Shown here: piece after piece, positions 1 to 13,564 of the stretch
Numbering within the stretch: the first letter of the stretch is position 1
Layout: each line of letters starts with the position of its first letter
From: the human T2T-CHM13v2.0 reference genome, Homo sapiens
Reading direction: 5' to 3' (one strand)
Length of the DNA: 64,000 nucleotides
Assembly (NCBI RefSeq): GCF_009914755.1
Contig: NC_060936.1
The notes under the pieces: model-generated
Told to the model about the DNA's origin: nothing
What the model saw: only the letters and a program-made list of their open reading frames with translations
The model's database searches: none
Program-made: the position numbers and the translations under genes

Positions 1-236
<236 letters not shown>

Positions 237-599
237 CTAGAAATTCATTCCCCAAAAAATGTGTGAGGCAAGGCCAAACTAGTTCATCTCTGTACTAGAA
301 GTATAGTGAAAACACTACCTAAATTCTCAAGCTATTGCTATCAGTTTTTTTAAAAAGCTTTTGCTTTTCATCTCAATGATGGACTTTAAAGCATATCGCT
401 CTTTAGATGGACAAAATTGTAGTTGGTAGTTTCATATAAAAAACTGAGTTGAAACTTCTACCTACCAAAATCAGGCCTTCTGTGGCTTTCAGCAAACATG
501 TGAACAGAGTCTTTTGATTTGGTCAGTAAATATATTGTACTGAAATAGAATATAAACAATGAAGTATGCAAAATTTTTATTTGCCTGACAATTCTTAAT

Positions 600-790
600 G
601 AGTCTTGTGATTTTGCCACTTGGTGTGTCTTCTGGGAAAGTTCTTAACCTCTCTAACCTCCAGACTCCTCAACTACAGAAAATGAAAAAACTGTATCTCC
701 ATCAACAGCCTGTTGGAAAATTCATATAGTGTTGTACATAATGTGATTAGCAGACTGCTTGGTATAGTAAGTATTTAGTAAATGATAACT
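600..790 (+). mobile_element. MIR SINE (degenerate)
   Basis: Core-like TGGGAAAGTTCTTAACCTCTCTAACCTC and 3' TGCTTGGTATAGTAAGTATTTAGTAAATG. Confidence 0.7.
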
Positions 791-1169
791 GCAGTTTTCA
801 ATTCTTTTTTTGTCTTTAAAACATACATTTTTAAGATGCACTTCCTTAACATAATTAAAATTTTATGAGAATTGGCACCTAAATATTTATGTAGTATTTC
901 TGTGATATAAAAGGGACATGGCCTTGTTGACTATTTCTTGTGCATTTTTCATTCTGCTAATTGCTCCTATCTGTTCAATTGCCTCTGTAACAGACTTGCT
1001 CTTTCTTGTCAAGATTTAAGTCACATGCCAATATTCTAGCAGAAAACAATTTTTATGACAAAATGGTTTTCCCTCCTTTAGAACAAGAATTGCTGCTTTA
1101 AAACAATGTCCCCACTGCATGTTTTCAGCTGGGGACTGCTGGCAAAATTTATTAGATGTTATACACTAC

Positions 1170-1266
1170 TTTTTTTTAAATTATACTTTAAGTTCTGGGG
1201 TACATGTACAGAATGTGCAGGTTTGTTAGATAGGTATACACATGCCATGGTGGTTTGCTGCACCCA
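1170..1266 (-). mobile_element. L1PA (PA7/PA8-like) 3' end fragment
   Basis: Poly-T then TTATACTTTAAGTTCTGGGGTACATGT...GTTTGTT...TGGTTTGCTGCACCCA, the reverse complement of the L1PA 3' terminus. Confidence 0.9.
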
Positions 1267-3854
1267 AATCTCTGTGCAAATAAACTTTTAAGATTCAGTT
1301 GTAGATATATATAAATGTTTTGAGATATTTCTCAAATAGCTATATAAATAATAATCTCCACATGGCAGGCAAGATCATTTGATTAGTGCATGATGAAATT
1401 CAGAATGTATACCTAGTTTTTAAAATGAGGTGTCAATGACTTGGTTATTAACCTATACACTGCATTCTGTGGTTAAAGCACTAGCTTGTTTCTTTTGGAA
1501 GCCAATTGGTATATGTTTGAAGATGTTTTGGTACAATGACAGTAACAACAACAACAACCAAGTATGCATTGAGATACTGTCATTTACTAGGGGCTAAGTT
1601 TTATATTTTATATATATATTCTATTGGCTAAAATAAAGACATATATGTGGTGCCCTGGGAAGGCCTGGAAACTTGGTAGTACTTACAAGTTTTTGAAATC
1701 TAAAACTATTCAAACAAAGTCAAGCCTACAGGTTTACCAAGAGGGCCAAATAATAAACAAATGCTACTCATCTCCAGGAGAACTGGGTAAGACAATGTTG
1801 AAGAGTTGGTGGAGAGGGAAATGAATGATCTTTGTAGAGCAGCCTCAGAACATTTAAATTTCCAAAGATAAATAATCTAGTGCTTAATTTTACAAGGAAA
1901 TTATAATGAAAAAGCAACTGTTTTAAATGACTAGAAGTACCATTACATTGGAAAATAGATACATTTTTGGCAAATTAATTGAGTCCAACTGAGAATGTTT
2001 AGAACCCACGAGTTCCTACACATTTGCTTCTAATTCTAAGAGAGTCTCTTAGGTTTACTTTTAATATTAATCCTTAATTTGCCTACATGAAGCCTATCTG
2101 TCTTTCATTTTTCACTGTTGCTTTTAAGGGTAGTAGCTGTCCTCTCCCACTTCTTTTTAAATTCACCAATTTCCCAAATATGAGCTCATTCAAATCTAAC
2201 TCACTTTTCTCTCCAGCACGCGGGTCATATGAGTAGACTAGGAGAAAAGAAAGATTTCAGAATGCACAATTCTTTTGAGGAGTCACTGTGCCTGCTGCAA
2301 AATTATTCGAATGAAAAGATTTTTTTTTTTTTTTAGGTAAAACGACAATTAAGGTCGACCTCCTCCGCTCAAATTAAAAAAGAGAAAAAGGAGTGTAATG
2401 AAGAATCTGACTCCTTCCTCTAATTTTACAAGTTCAATGGTAATCTAACCGTGCCATTCATTTACAGAAACCATTAATTTTACTATGTGGCTGAAAGTAG
2501 TAGGCCTCAGCTTTCATTCTCTTACTTTCCCCCTCCCTTGGTCTTTGTGTGTGCACCTGTTCAGGCCACTTTAGCATCCCATTTGTAAAACTTTGGGTAA
2601 TCCTCTGGCACTAACCCTGGTGTGATAATACTTCTGTTATTCAGCAGCCTAATTACAAAGGACAACACAGATAAAACACTTCAGTCCTATTTTTAATAGC
2701 TGACTTGCCAATTTCGCCAAGCTCCATACAGAATGGTCTCCAAACCTTGCTGGATTTCAATTTAATCTGAATTTGTTCAGCACACGGAGCTCCAATACCT
2801 CAGAGCAGAACTTTTTTTGTTAGATTTTTGGACACCTCACTCCTTCTCCCACATTCACTCCTTTTTAATGATAATATAAACAATCTATTTGCTTTTTAGA
2901 ATGTAGTTTCATAATATAATTGGAGCGTTTTTAAGCATTCCCCAACATCCATTTGAGACAACTGTTGATACCTTCAATAACAAAACAATCAGAGAATTAA
3001 GGTGTTAGGCACCAAAGAGTTACTTTACTTAATTAATCTGGATGAAAGATGAGCTGCTAACACTTCCTAATTTAACACATTTTTTTGAGAGCAATATTTT
3101 CAGAAGTAGAGGTCATTAAAATGTATTTAATATTTTGTTCTGGTTTAAGATGAAAAAAAAAGAGAGAACTATTTCTAATTCATAGCAAACCAAAGGAAAG
3201 AATCATTCCTTTAGTACAGATAAGCTTCCCAGAATCTGAGTACTTAACTCTACTTCTTTGATCTAGAAAGGAGCTGGAGACCAGGCAATACGAGATAATC
3301 TTATAAGTTCTGGATGTGTCCTGGTTGGGTAGAAAATATCTTGAAGTTTTGAGGGATTGACTAAATCTCTCCCTGAAAACATGTTTTGGAGGTTTCAGAG
3401 GGTGCCGTGCAACTAAAGGGCAGCTCCTGCCGCTTTCTTAATCCCTTCATTTTGAAACCCCAATAACTCAAGGGAAATTTAATACATATGTTTCTGATTC
3501 GCTTACACTGCTTCATCAAAACGGTGTTTTGTAAGAGCTATTTGATATCTAGGAAGCCTTCTCAGTCTTCTTTCTAAGCCTTTTATTTTGCTCCAAGAAA
3601 TCACGTTTTCTTCATGTTCAGCAGAATTGGAAGCAGGGAAGGCTTAAGTTAGGTTCAAGGTCACACAAAATCAGTACAAGTTTGGAAGTTGGCAAACTAT
3701 GTTGCTTTCCTCTGTTACAGCACAAAGCAAGCAGAAACTCAACAAGTGAAAAACCCAAGGGTATTATCAAAAGGAAATGCCATAAGTTAATTTCACTTAG
3801 TATTCCATTTAGTAATTAATCAAAACCTATATTTCTGCTTTCTTTTTTTCTCTA

Positions 3855-3970
3855 GTTTTTTGTTTGTTTGTTTGTTTGTTTTTTTAGATTCAGTAGGTAC
3901 ACGTGCAGGTTTATCACATGGATATGATATGTAATGCTGGAGTTTGGGTTTCTATTGAACTGATCATCCA
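3855..3970 (-). mobile_element. Old L1PA/L1PB 3' end fragment
   Basis: (TTTG)n tail then TAGATTCAGTAGGTACACGTGCAGGTTTATCACATGG; degenerate flanking duplication ATTTCTGCTTTCT / ATTTCTGTTTCCT. Confidence 0.8.
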
Positions 3971-4371
3971 TTTCTGTTTCCTAAGATCCTGACTGTCACA
4001 TATTAAATGACTGTAAAATTTAAGCATGTTCATTCCATTTTACAGATGCAAAAATCTGTCACAGTCTAAAGTGGTTCATGGTTTGCTTTGGTGCAGAGAT
4101 GCTATAATTTGCTAAAAACACCAGCTACTCTGAGTCATATAACCATCCTGACTCATAGAACACTAGTGAGAAACATGGAGCAGAAGAGACATCCACTTTG
4201 GATCCTAGCAGAGCCCGTTAAACCTGGGGGATGTCACTGTTTTGAGGGGCAAGTTCAAGGTTTGAAATTTGAATACTTAATCATTGCAGTTCTCTAAAAG
4301 AGTGATAATAACTGAGAAATATCAAAGTAAGGCCAGTTATCTGAGAGTGGTTTACAATAATATACTGATTT

Positions 4372-4530
4372 ATAATAACACTTACTGAGCACTTATATGG
4401 GCCAGGTGGCATTGTGCTAAGTGCTATACGAAATTAAAATCTTTCAATTCTCATATAATTCTATAAAGTAAAGACTTATTTTTATGACCATTTTTTAAAA
4501 TGAGTAACATGAGGTTCAACAGTTTAGAGG
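4372..4530 (-). mobile_element. MIR SINE
   Basis: ACACTTACTGAGCACTTA...GCCAGG...TGTGCTAAGTGCT...TGAGTAACATGAGGTTCA. Confidence 0.8.
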
Positions 4531-5024
4531 GAAAGTTTATTAGGCTAGGTGTGACTGTTTCAGTTGTCTCTAATATTAGTGCACCATTTTATTCAACAGG
4601 ACATGATTAAAATGTTTAATGGATAGTCTCAAATTTACATGTAAACACTGTAGGTAATGTTATGAGTTTGATATTATAAACTAGAACCCATTATTATCTC
4701 TGTTGTGACAGTAGTAAATACTGCAGTACTAAATATACGTTTTGCAGTTATATCCTTGACCAGTTGGCCTTTGCCAGAGCATTCTGGCCTGCACTGATTA
4801 GGTGATATATCTTATTTGTTTAACATTTTTCTAGGGCTATTAGATTTTGATTCCCAGGGAGCAAAGCAACTGGGATAGAACTTACAAACAGATCAAATTT
4901 TTCCTAAAGATAAAAATAAGAAGCCACAATCCTAGAATGTTAGGAGAATTTTCCATGAGGAAACACTGCTTCAGATGTACACTTCTGTGAAGATGGCTGA
5001 ATTCTAGAAGGTTCATTCTAGATA

Positions 5025-5106
5025 TTTTGTTATTGTTGTTTCCCAACATCTACCACAGTGCCTGGCAGGTAGCAGCCCTCAGTGAATTTTTGTTGAAAGG
5101 AGGAAT
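5025..5106 (+). mobile_element. L2 3' end fragment
   Basis: ACAGTGCCTGGCAGGTAGCAGCCCTCAGTGAATTTTTGTTGAA. Confidence 0.7.
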
Positions 5107-5339
5107 AGATGACTAAATAAGAAATAGGGGACTTCTATATTCCCCAGCCTGGAGTTAAACATTTATTAGAAGACACTTATGGGACAGTTGGCAATTTTTG
5201 TCTCTGAGATCTTTGCTTTTGCATAGACTGATATGTGGAGAATTAACCAGTTGGTTTTACTATGTTAATTGAGTTGAAGTCACCTCTTTCCTCTTCCCAC
5301 CAAAATCAGTGGTAGAGAAAAGTGCTCTGCCATGGAATT

Positions 5340-6162
<823 letters not shown>

Positions 6163-6388
6163 GAATGGCACTGAGTGACACAGAGTCAGCCTAGAACACT
6201 TAGGAAAATAAATATGTACTGTCAATGGACATCTCTTTACAGGGCGTATCTTCTTCTGATTCATACTGGCCCGTAAGAAATCGGTAATGAGACTCCAATA
6301 TTTCATATGAGAATTAGACCTAACAATATATTTTCTTAGTGATGCTTCACATGAGGTGGGTGTACTTTGTAGAGATTTTATTAAGAGG

Positions 6389-6394
6389 GTGTGT

Positions 6395-6432
<38 letters not shown>
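6389..6432. repeat. (TG)n microsatellite, ~22 units, one interruption
   Basis: Directly visible. Confidence 0.98.
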
Positions 6433-6434
<2 letters not shown>

Positions 6435-7179
6435 AAGATTCCCAGCCATCTTGATTCATAGTGAAATTAATTCTGAAACATCATGAAAATTGGATTCTGG
6501 CATCTTGTCTACTGTGTGACATTGGTCAGGAAACTTCAACTCTCTGAATGTCAGTTTGCTTATTGAAAAGTGAAAAACTTAAAGTGTCTCTTAGTTAAAA
6601 GTTTTATGAATAAAATATATTAAAAAACAAAACAGGGCCTGAAGGTGAGGGTCAGTATTTTTGGAATTGAAAGACAGTTACCTGGAAAACCTCCATTTGT
6701 CTGCAATGGACACCGAAAAGATTTTAAAGTGAGCATGTGTGTGATATTATCTACCTGCTACCCACACACACTGTATTAGAACCCAGAGCCAGCAGGGCAG
6801 CTCCTGCACAGATCTCAAAGGATAGCAATGGAGCAAGTCATCAGTGTAGATGAACTATTCTGAAGATTAGCTATCAACAATTAAATTTTTCTTGCTAAGA
6901 TTTCATTCTCCATGACTTGTTTAGCGTGGTCTGATGCCTGAAGGAAGAAAATTCAAATGCACTTGTTTGTTCCTAGTATCAGCCACAGCATGATCTCAAT
7001 CAGGTTTTTTTGGTTTTATGGAGGAAACGTTTCTGGCGACACAGGGGAAGTGAATGGCTATGGCACCTTGTGACATTGGATGGGATTCGGGATGAGGCAC
7101 AGTCACCACCGAATTAAATGCTGAAGCCTTGAGGAGCTTCAGAAAAATGGCCCTTAGAAGAAACACAGATTGAAATGGG

Positions 7180-7370
7180 AAGTTTGAGTCCTTGCTCCAG
7201 CACTTACTAGATGTGTAACTTTGGGTAAAATGTTTAATCACTCAGAGTGTCACCCTCTGCAAATGGGCCTAAAAAAAATCCACCTCATAGAGGTGTTGAG
7301 AGATCAGATGAAAAATCTCATAGAAGACATTAAGCATGGGGTTCTGCCCATTGAGCTATGTAAATAATGA
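7180..7370 (+). mobile_element. MIR SINE
   Basis: CACTTACTAGATGTGTAACTTTGGGTAAA...CTGCAAATGGG...CACCTCATAGAGGTGTTGAGAG. Confidence 0.8.
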
Positions 7371-9599
7371 TCTCCAATATCATAATAGTTATAATTACAA
7401 TTCCACCTATGATCCAAGTGGTTTGATTATGAATATTCTCTTTGGAGATAGGCTTTAGGGAGGTTAAGGCATTTTTTTTTTCCCCAGGAAGATACCTACA
7501 TTTCAACCGGGAGTTGTAGAATATTTACAAATTCTGCCTTTAAACCAGACCAGAGAGAGGACGTGGATTCTTTCACATTAAGAAAAGCAGAGACTTAAAA
7601 ATCAATGTATGATTTTAGAAGACTTATTTTATTAGAACCAATGGATAACTTTTTGTTCCTGAGAGAGGGAGGGCTCTTCATGAGAGAGACAGTAATGTCA
7701 TTATTCATGCTGTAAGCCAGCCCACTTCAACTGCTGGTCTTCACAATGCCTACAAGTGTAAAAAAAAAAAAAGAATACAAAAAAACCACTTGCTTCCTTT
7801 TTTATGAGTATTGACATTCTTGTGCAGTATTAGGAGAGCTAATTTAGCTTCCAGTTCTAAGAATTTTTGAATCTATAGCCAGTAATTATTGGCATTCAGG
7901 GGTACAAAAGAGGAAAACAAAGCCTGCAAATTCTAGCACATTCATGTGGGATTGGGAGCTGAATTAGGATCCTCACACCCCATTGAATGATCAGCCCCCT
8001 ATTAGAGCTTTATTAAAATGGTAATGATTATATGCCAGCTATAGGCAGGCAGCCGCACCTGTCAAAAACTACCCCGATTATCCTGTTCATTGAACTGTCT
8101 GGCTCTTGAATCAGTGTCTCAGGTTTACTCCTCTGTGAAGTTTTTTCCCCCTCTTGCCTCAAATAAAAAAAAAAAAGATACAAGAACAAACATTTTCTTG
8201 GAGTCACAGAGCACTCTTGTCGTTCTCCTCATTTTGTTTTTGTATCTGGTATGGAAAAATGATAGAGAAGCTATTCTCTCTTTGGTTTGGGATAGAAACA
8301 GGAGAAAGAAACAGAAAACATGTAAAGTTCCATCTAAAAAAATTCATGTTAGTAGAAGAAAATGCAGGTCTGTAATTAATCTGGAAACTGGGATCATTCG
8401 ATTGTCAGCCACATGTACTATGATGAAGGGGTAGATTCTTGTTATTTATGCATCAGTTACCTAGTTTAGAGATCTGTTGTCCTTCATTTAAAAGACATTT
8501 GGGGTTTTCATCCATCTTTTGCTTTTAGAAACGCATTAAACAATAATGGATTTCATTTGAAATCACCTTTTTTTCCAAGATTGAAACAACATTGAATGCA
8601 CAATGTTGTTTTCTTACAAGACCAAATCTTGTCCTCACCACGAGGAAAAGTCTCTTTTAAACTATTTAATTTATTGGTTTGTCATATCTATTAGAGAAGA
8701 GCCTATCAGTAGGAAAGGTCTCTGGCAGGTTGACTGTCATCACAAGTACTTGTAACAGATGCTGTGGTGGTAACTGATCACAGCACTTGCAGAGAAGGAT
8801 CAATATATGGGGAAAAGCAGATTTTTGTTTGTTTGTTTGGTTTGCTATGTTCTTGTTTGTTAGAAAATAGCTTTCTCTGACTAGTAAAATTTCTTGGGGA
8901 TACCACAAAGGATGTTAGTTTCCTCCAATATCTACAGGACTCAAGAGATTTCTATTACCTCTCAGCCATAAGTCTTAGTCACTGGAGAACAGAGCAGGAA
9001 GTAAACGAGTTGTTTGTTTATCATTCGCTTTCTGGTAGGATGTTCCGGGGGATATGCTTTGAAGATGCAGGGAGCTAACAATAGACAGAACTAATCTCAA
9101 ATTCCTTACACACACTCTTTTGTTAGTTTGCACGGGGGGAAAAAACAGCATATGAATTTGGGATTTTGTGACACTTACCTACCAGAGAGTAACCTTGGAG
9201 TTCCAGTCCTTTTGATGTTACAGCATGAAAATATTCACCATGAGGTCTAAGTTAACAGACCTCTTAATTACATGGAGCTGCTGCTTGCATTACTATAACA
9301 ACAGAATAACACCTTTTACAGTAATTCACAATTCATCTGAGACATTCTAAGAATGCTATTTATTTATTGAATGACTTCAGTGCAACGTATTCTCCTGCCT
9401 TCCCCACACTCATCACCCAATCTCTACCCTCCCCTATCCAGCCAGTATTAATAGAATATCATGAAGTACCAACTGAAGAATTTTCAAGCCATTGCTACAG
9501 CATTTGTTAAGGACTGTATCATGAGATAATCACATATAGAAATAAGTGATTACTTCACAGTCAAGGCTATTGCCAGGACATCTAAGTGGCCAAACCCTT

Positions 9600-11545
9600 T
9601 TCCTCAACCTTGCTATAGCAAGAACGATTCTTTGCCGCTCTGTCCAGAAACACTTAGCCTGACACCTGTGTGATGCGCCACCATCCTGGGTCTCCCTCTT
9701 CCCTGTTTCACTTCTGACTCCTCTCACCACTTCCTGTCCACATCTCTGGACCTTTCTTAGGGCTATAACTTTGGCATCTTTTCTCTTTTCTGGCCTTGCA
9801 TAGGACTCTGTTTCCTGCATCCCTTCTCTTTTCTTTCAACATTTCTTCTTAGCATTTCTATCCTATCCCATGATTCCTACTATTTCCTCTATAAAGAAAA
9901 CTTTGAATCAATCTCAAGCCAAGGCTGCTGCAGTCATTCATTTCTCACACCTGGTTTCTTATTTTTCAAGATTGTCCTATGAGTCTCCAATTCAGCTTGA
10001 CCATGTCTGAGTTGGTTGTTGTTAAACCTGCTTTAAGGTCCATAGATTCAATCTCTGCAGCATTTTGCAGCAGGATATTTTTGTGATGAACTGGAGAGTA
10101 CATTCCATTGTCCCTTCCCCGCCATGCCCATTTACACATTCTATCCTACAATGACTGCCATCCAGATGGCAGTAAAGAAATTCCACAGAACAAAACAATC
10201 CTTGGTCTTTGAGTTCGAAAGCCAAGACTCCAAGAGAACTCAGTGTAAACATTATATGTGGAGAAATTTGTAGTCAATTTCAGCTCCCTTATGCATATAC
10301 ACTAGATAAGGAAGTCTTGGGTTGGAGGGAAAGGTGAGAGGAACAAAGGGGATGTGAATAAAGAGGGAATTAGGTGGGCTCCAGGACAAGGATACCAGGA
10401 CTGACCACATTCAGGACTTGCACAGCCTGCATTCCTGGGGACAGACATCATCCTTAACCAAGCCCATGAACCGCAGGTATCTAAGCCAGTGTTCACTGCT
10501 CACAGAAGCTTCATCTCAGCAAGCAATATACATGGCCATGCTGGGCAGCTCTATTAATGGTTCTTCATGGTAGCATCTGGTGCTAATCTGTGGATAGTAG
10601 CCAGCAGAAGTGACTCAAGACTTAGATGTCCTAAGTCCTAAGACTTTGCTCAGTCCTCTGTGTCGGCAGCCTCCTTTCACTGACTTTGCTAACTTCTCCT
10701 CTCCCACTCACCTCTTGAGTTGGAGAATGGACTCTGGTCTGTATACTTAAGGGAGGGCGTGGTGCTGTGGGAGGAAAAGTCCAAAGTGTATTTGGCTAGA
10801 TATGAGAGGGATCTGCTCAAGATTTTCCTCCTGGTCAAGACAGTGGTGGGAGAAACAACTTGCCCTAAAATCTCTTAAATCAATGACTTTGTTTCTACTT
10901 TCCCTGCCACTAGCCTATATCAGGTTTTTATGACCATCTTACTTATGCCATTACATCCTTGGTTTCTCATTCCTCCCACCTATTTTGCCCTTTGCTGTCA
11001 GGCTAACCTTCTTCAAGTCTGGATTCTTTCAAGTTAGTTCCCTATTAAAACACTTTGAGTGGTCTTCCCTTTCATATTGAATGAAGTTCAAATCCCATTT
11101 ATGGCTTTACTATATAGGTATCAAAACCAATCTTACCTCCTACCAGCCTTAAAGGGAACAATCCATTCCTGAATTGTCTTAATCCATAGACCACAGAGGC
11201 TATTCTTCCCTATTATCTCAACAGGATTCAGTTCTAGGTATTTCTAGGTATTCATTCCTAGAGGTTCATTTAATTCATGAGTTCTTTCCCCTGGTACCTT
11301 CCTTTCACATAAAAAGCTGGGAGTCATCTCTTCCTCCTCTGACTTTCCACAGCTCTTCATCAGCACCTCATTTATGACCCTTTTATCTTTAAATACGTTA
11401 TATGTACATGTTTTATTTACCCTCATAAATGGTGTGACCCTTGAAAGTAGGAATAGAATAGATTCCTCTTTAAATCATCTAGAAAGCCTAGATGTTGCCT
11501 GCCACATAAAATTCAAGATACACATTTGTTGGAAAAAAGATTATT
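9600..11545 (+). mobile_element. Degenerate L2, two colinear pieces (~9600-10012 and ~10865-11545) around an ~840-bp insertion
   Basis: Pyrimidine-rich L2-like sequence; 3' terminus TGCCTGCCACATAAAATTCAAGATACACATTTGTTGGAA. Confidence 0.55.
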
Positions 11546-11779
11546 TCCTTCATTAAATATCTGTGGTTTGTGTCATGTGTCCGGTTGGATTGAACTGCTG
11601 TTAATGTGTTCTGAAGTAATCATCTAGTAAAGCTGTTCAATTCCTGAGCTAAGTAGTGTTGAGTATAAAAGGTTAGAAGCAATTAAAAATGCAACATCAA
11701 AGTTAATTTTATTATTCTATGGACTGCATAAAATCAATTAAAACAATTTAAAGTTGTAGTATTTAATTTTACCACAGGT

Positions 11780-12562
11780 CCAAAATCTTGGGGTGATTTC
11801 GACTTCACTTTTTATATCCCAGAATCAATTGGAAAATCCCGCCAGCGTTTCTTACCACCTCTGCTGCTACTCTGTTTTAAGCTGCCACCAACTATCACCT
11901 GGATTATGGTAATAGCCCCCTGATTGGTCCCTTCCCTCATAGTCTATTTCAACACAGCAGCTGAAGTGATCCCATTAAATCGTAAGTCAGGTCATGTCAT
12001 ACCCTCATTGGAAACCTCTAGTAGCCCCATCAGGTTCAGAATAAAGTCTAGTGCTCTTATACTGCTCTACCAGGCCTTGCCTGTTCTGCCTCCAGCCCCA
12101 CTTTATCTGCGACCTCTTTTCCTACCTTGCCACTCCTTGGTAGCTCTGATCCCTTCACACTGGTCTCCTTGCTGCCCTTGAACACACCAGGTACTCTTCT
12201 GCCTTAGCTCCTGTGCCCCATTGTTCCTTGCCTGAAACACTCCTCTTGTAGATTTGGGTAGGACTGAGTCACCTGCTTCAAGTCTGCCTACATGTTACCT
12301 TTTCAATAAGATCTACTCCCAATGGCCCTGTTTAAAATTGCATTGACCTTACCCTTCATTCCCTACAATGCATTGCCTTCCAACATACCATACACCTCAC
12401 TTATTTATTATGAGAATTTTATTTTTCTGTCTTTCCCTGCTAGAACAAAATTTCCACGGAGGCAGAGGGTTTTTATCTGTTTTGTTCAATTGTTGTGTCC
12501 TAAGAGCTTAGATCAATTCCTGACACATAGTAGGTGCTCAGTAAGTACTGAGTGAATAAATG
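11780..12562 (+). mobile_element. L2a 3' portion
   Basis: TCACCTGGATTATGGTAATAGCC, AACACAGCAGCTGAAGTGATCC, ends CCTGACACATAGTAGGTGCTCAGTAAGTACTGAGTGAATAAATG. Confidence 0.9.
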
Positions 12563-12707
12563 CCACAATATTAGAGTTGAACGGGAGGACTTTGAAGAGC
12601 TTCTGGTCTAGTGGTTCCTGATGTGAGGTCTCTAAAAGTCTTATTAGAACAATTTTCTGAAAACCTAGTGAAAATTACACATTTGACCATGATAAGATTG
12701 CCCAGTT

Positions 12708-13285
12708 CTGTGGGTCCCAAACTGTGTGCCAGGGATCACTGGGGTTGAGGTGGGGTGCTGAAGTGAACTCATGGGGCACTGAGGGATAATTCTAAATTTA
12801 TGGAAAATACAGCAACACTCAACATCTGTCAGACACCAGGCACATTTCTAGCTCAAAGTAGTTCATGGTCTCAAAATTGGATTGTGCTCCGTTTCTTTTG
12901 CTAATCTATTTTTGTAAAACTGAGTTTTTGGCCATTGCTGCCGTAAAAAGCAATCAGGTGCCATCTGAAAGTGAATGTAGAACAGGAAATTATCTGATTA
13001 CAAGGTTTGTAAAGGCATACAGTGCCCAACAAGCACACATTTTTTGTTAGTAAATAATCATGGCTTTATAAGAATGGAATAATTTTTTTTCAATTTAGGT
13101 GTATTTTTTATTAAAATGGCTATCATTTGAATAAAAATTCGTAGGACATAAATGCCTATTAAGTTGTTCGGACCCAAGTACTTAATAAACAGAACTTTTA
13201 GATATTTATTTTGGCCTTGAGGCACTGTGAAAAAATTTTTGAGTCCTCAAGGGTGCCATGAAAGGAAAAAATTTGAGCACCTCTG
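12708..13285 (+). mobile_element. MER119 (hAT-Charlie non-autonomous DNA transposon), near full length
   Basis: Matches recalled consensus: TCCCAAACTGTGTGCC...ACATCTGTCAGACACC...AGTGCCCAACAAGCACACAT...TACTTAATAAACAGAAC; degenerate TIRs CTGTGGGTCCCAAA / TTTGAGCACCTCTG. Confidence 0.85.
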
Positions 13286-13564
13286 GCCTTGACTTACTAA
13301 CGTATGATTTTATTGATTTCAGTTACAATCATATCAAATTAGCTTGGCAACCTTGTGGTCCCGTATTTATGAAAAGTTCTGATTGGCAATTCCATAAAGA
13401 TTTTTGGTAGAAAGTAATTATTAATGAACAATAGCAAATAATCAATAAATACTTCTTAGATTTGAAAGAGTTCTTTCAAAACATAAGGAAGCTGAGGAAA
13501 AGATATTTAAAGGGTCCTTGGTGGAGGATGGGTGGAGAAACTTACACCTTGTTCAAGGCCCTGG

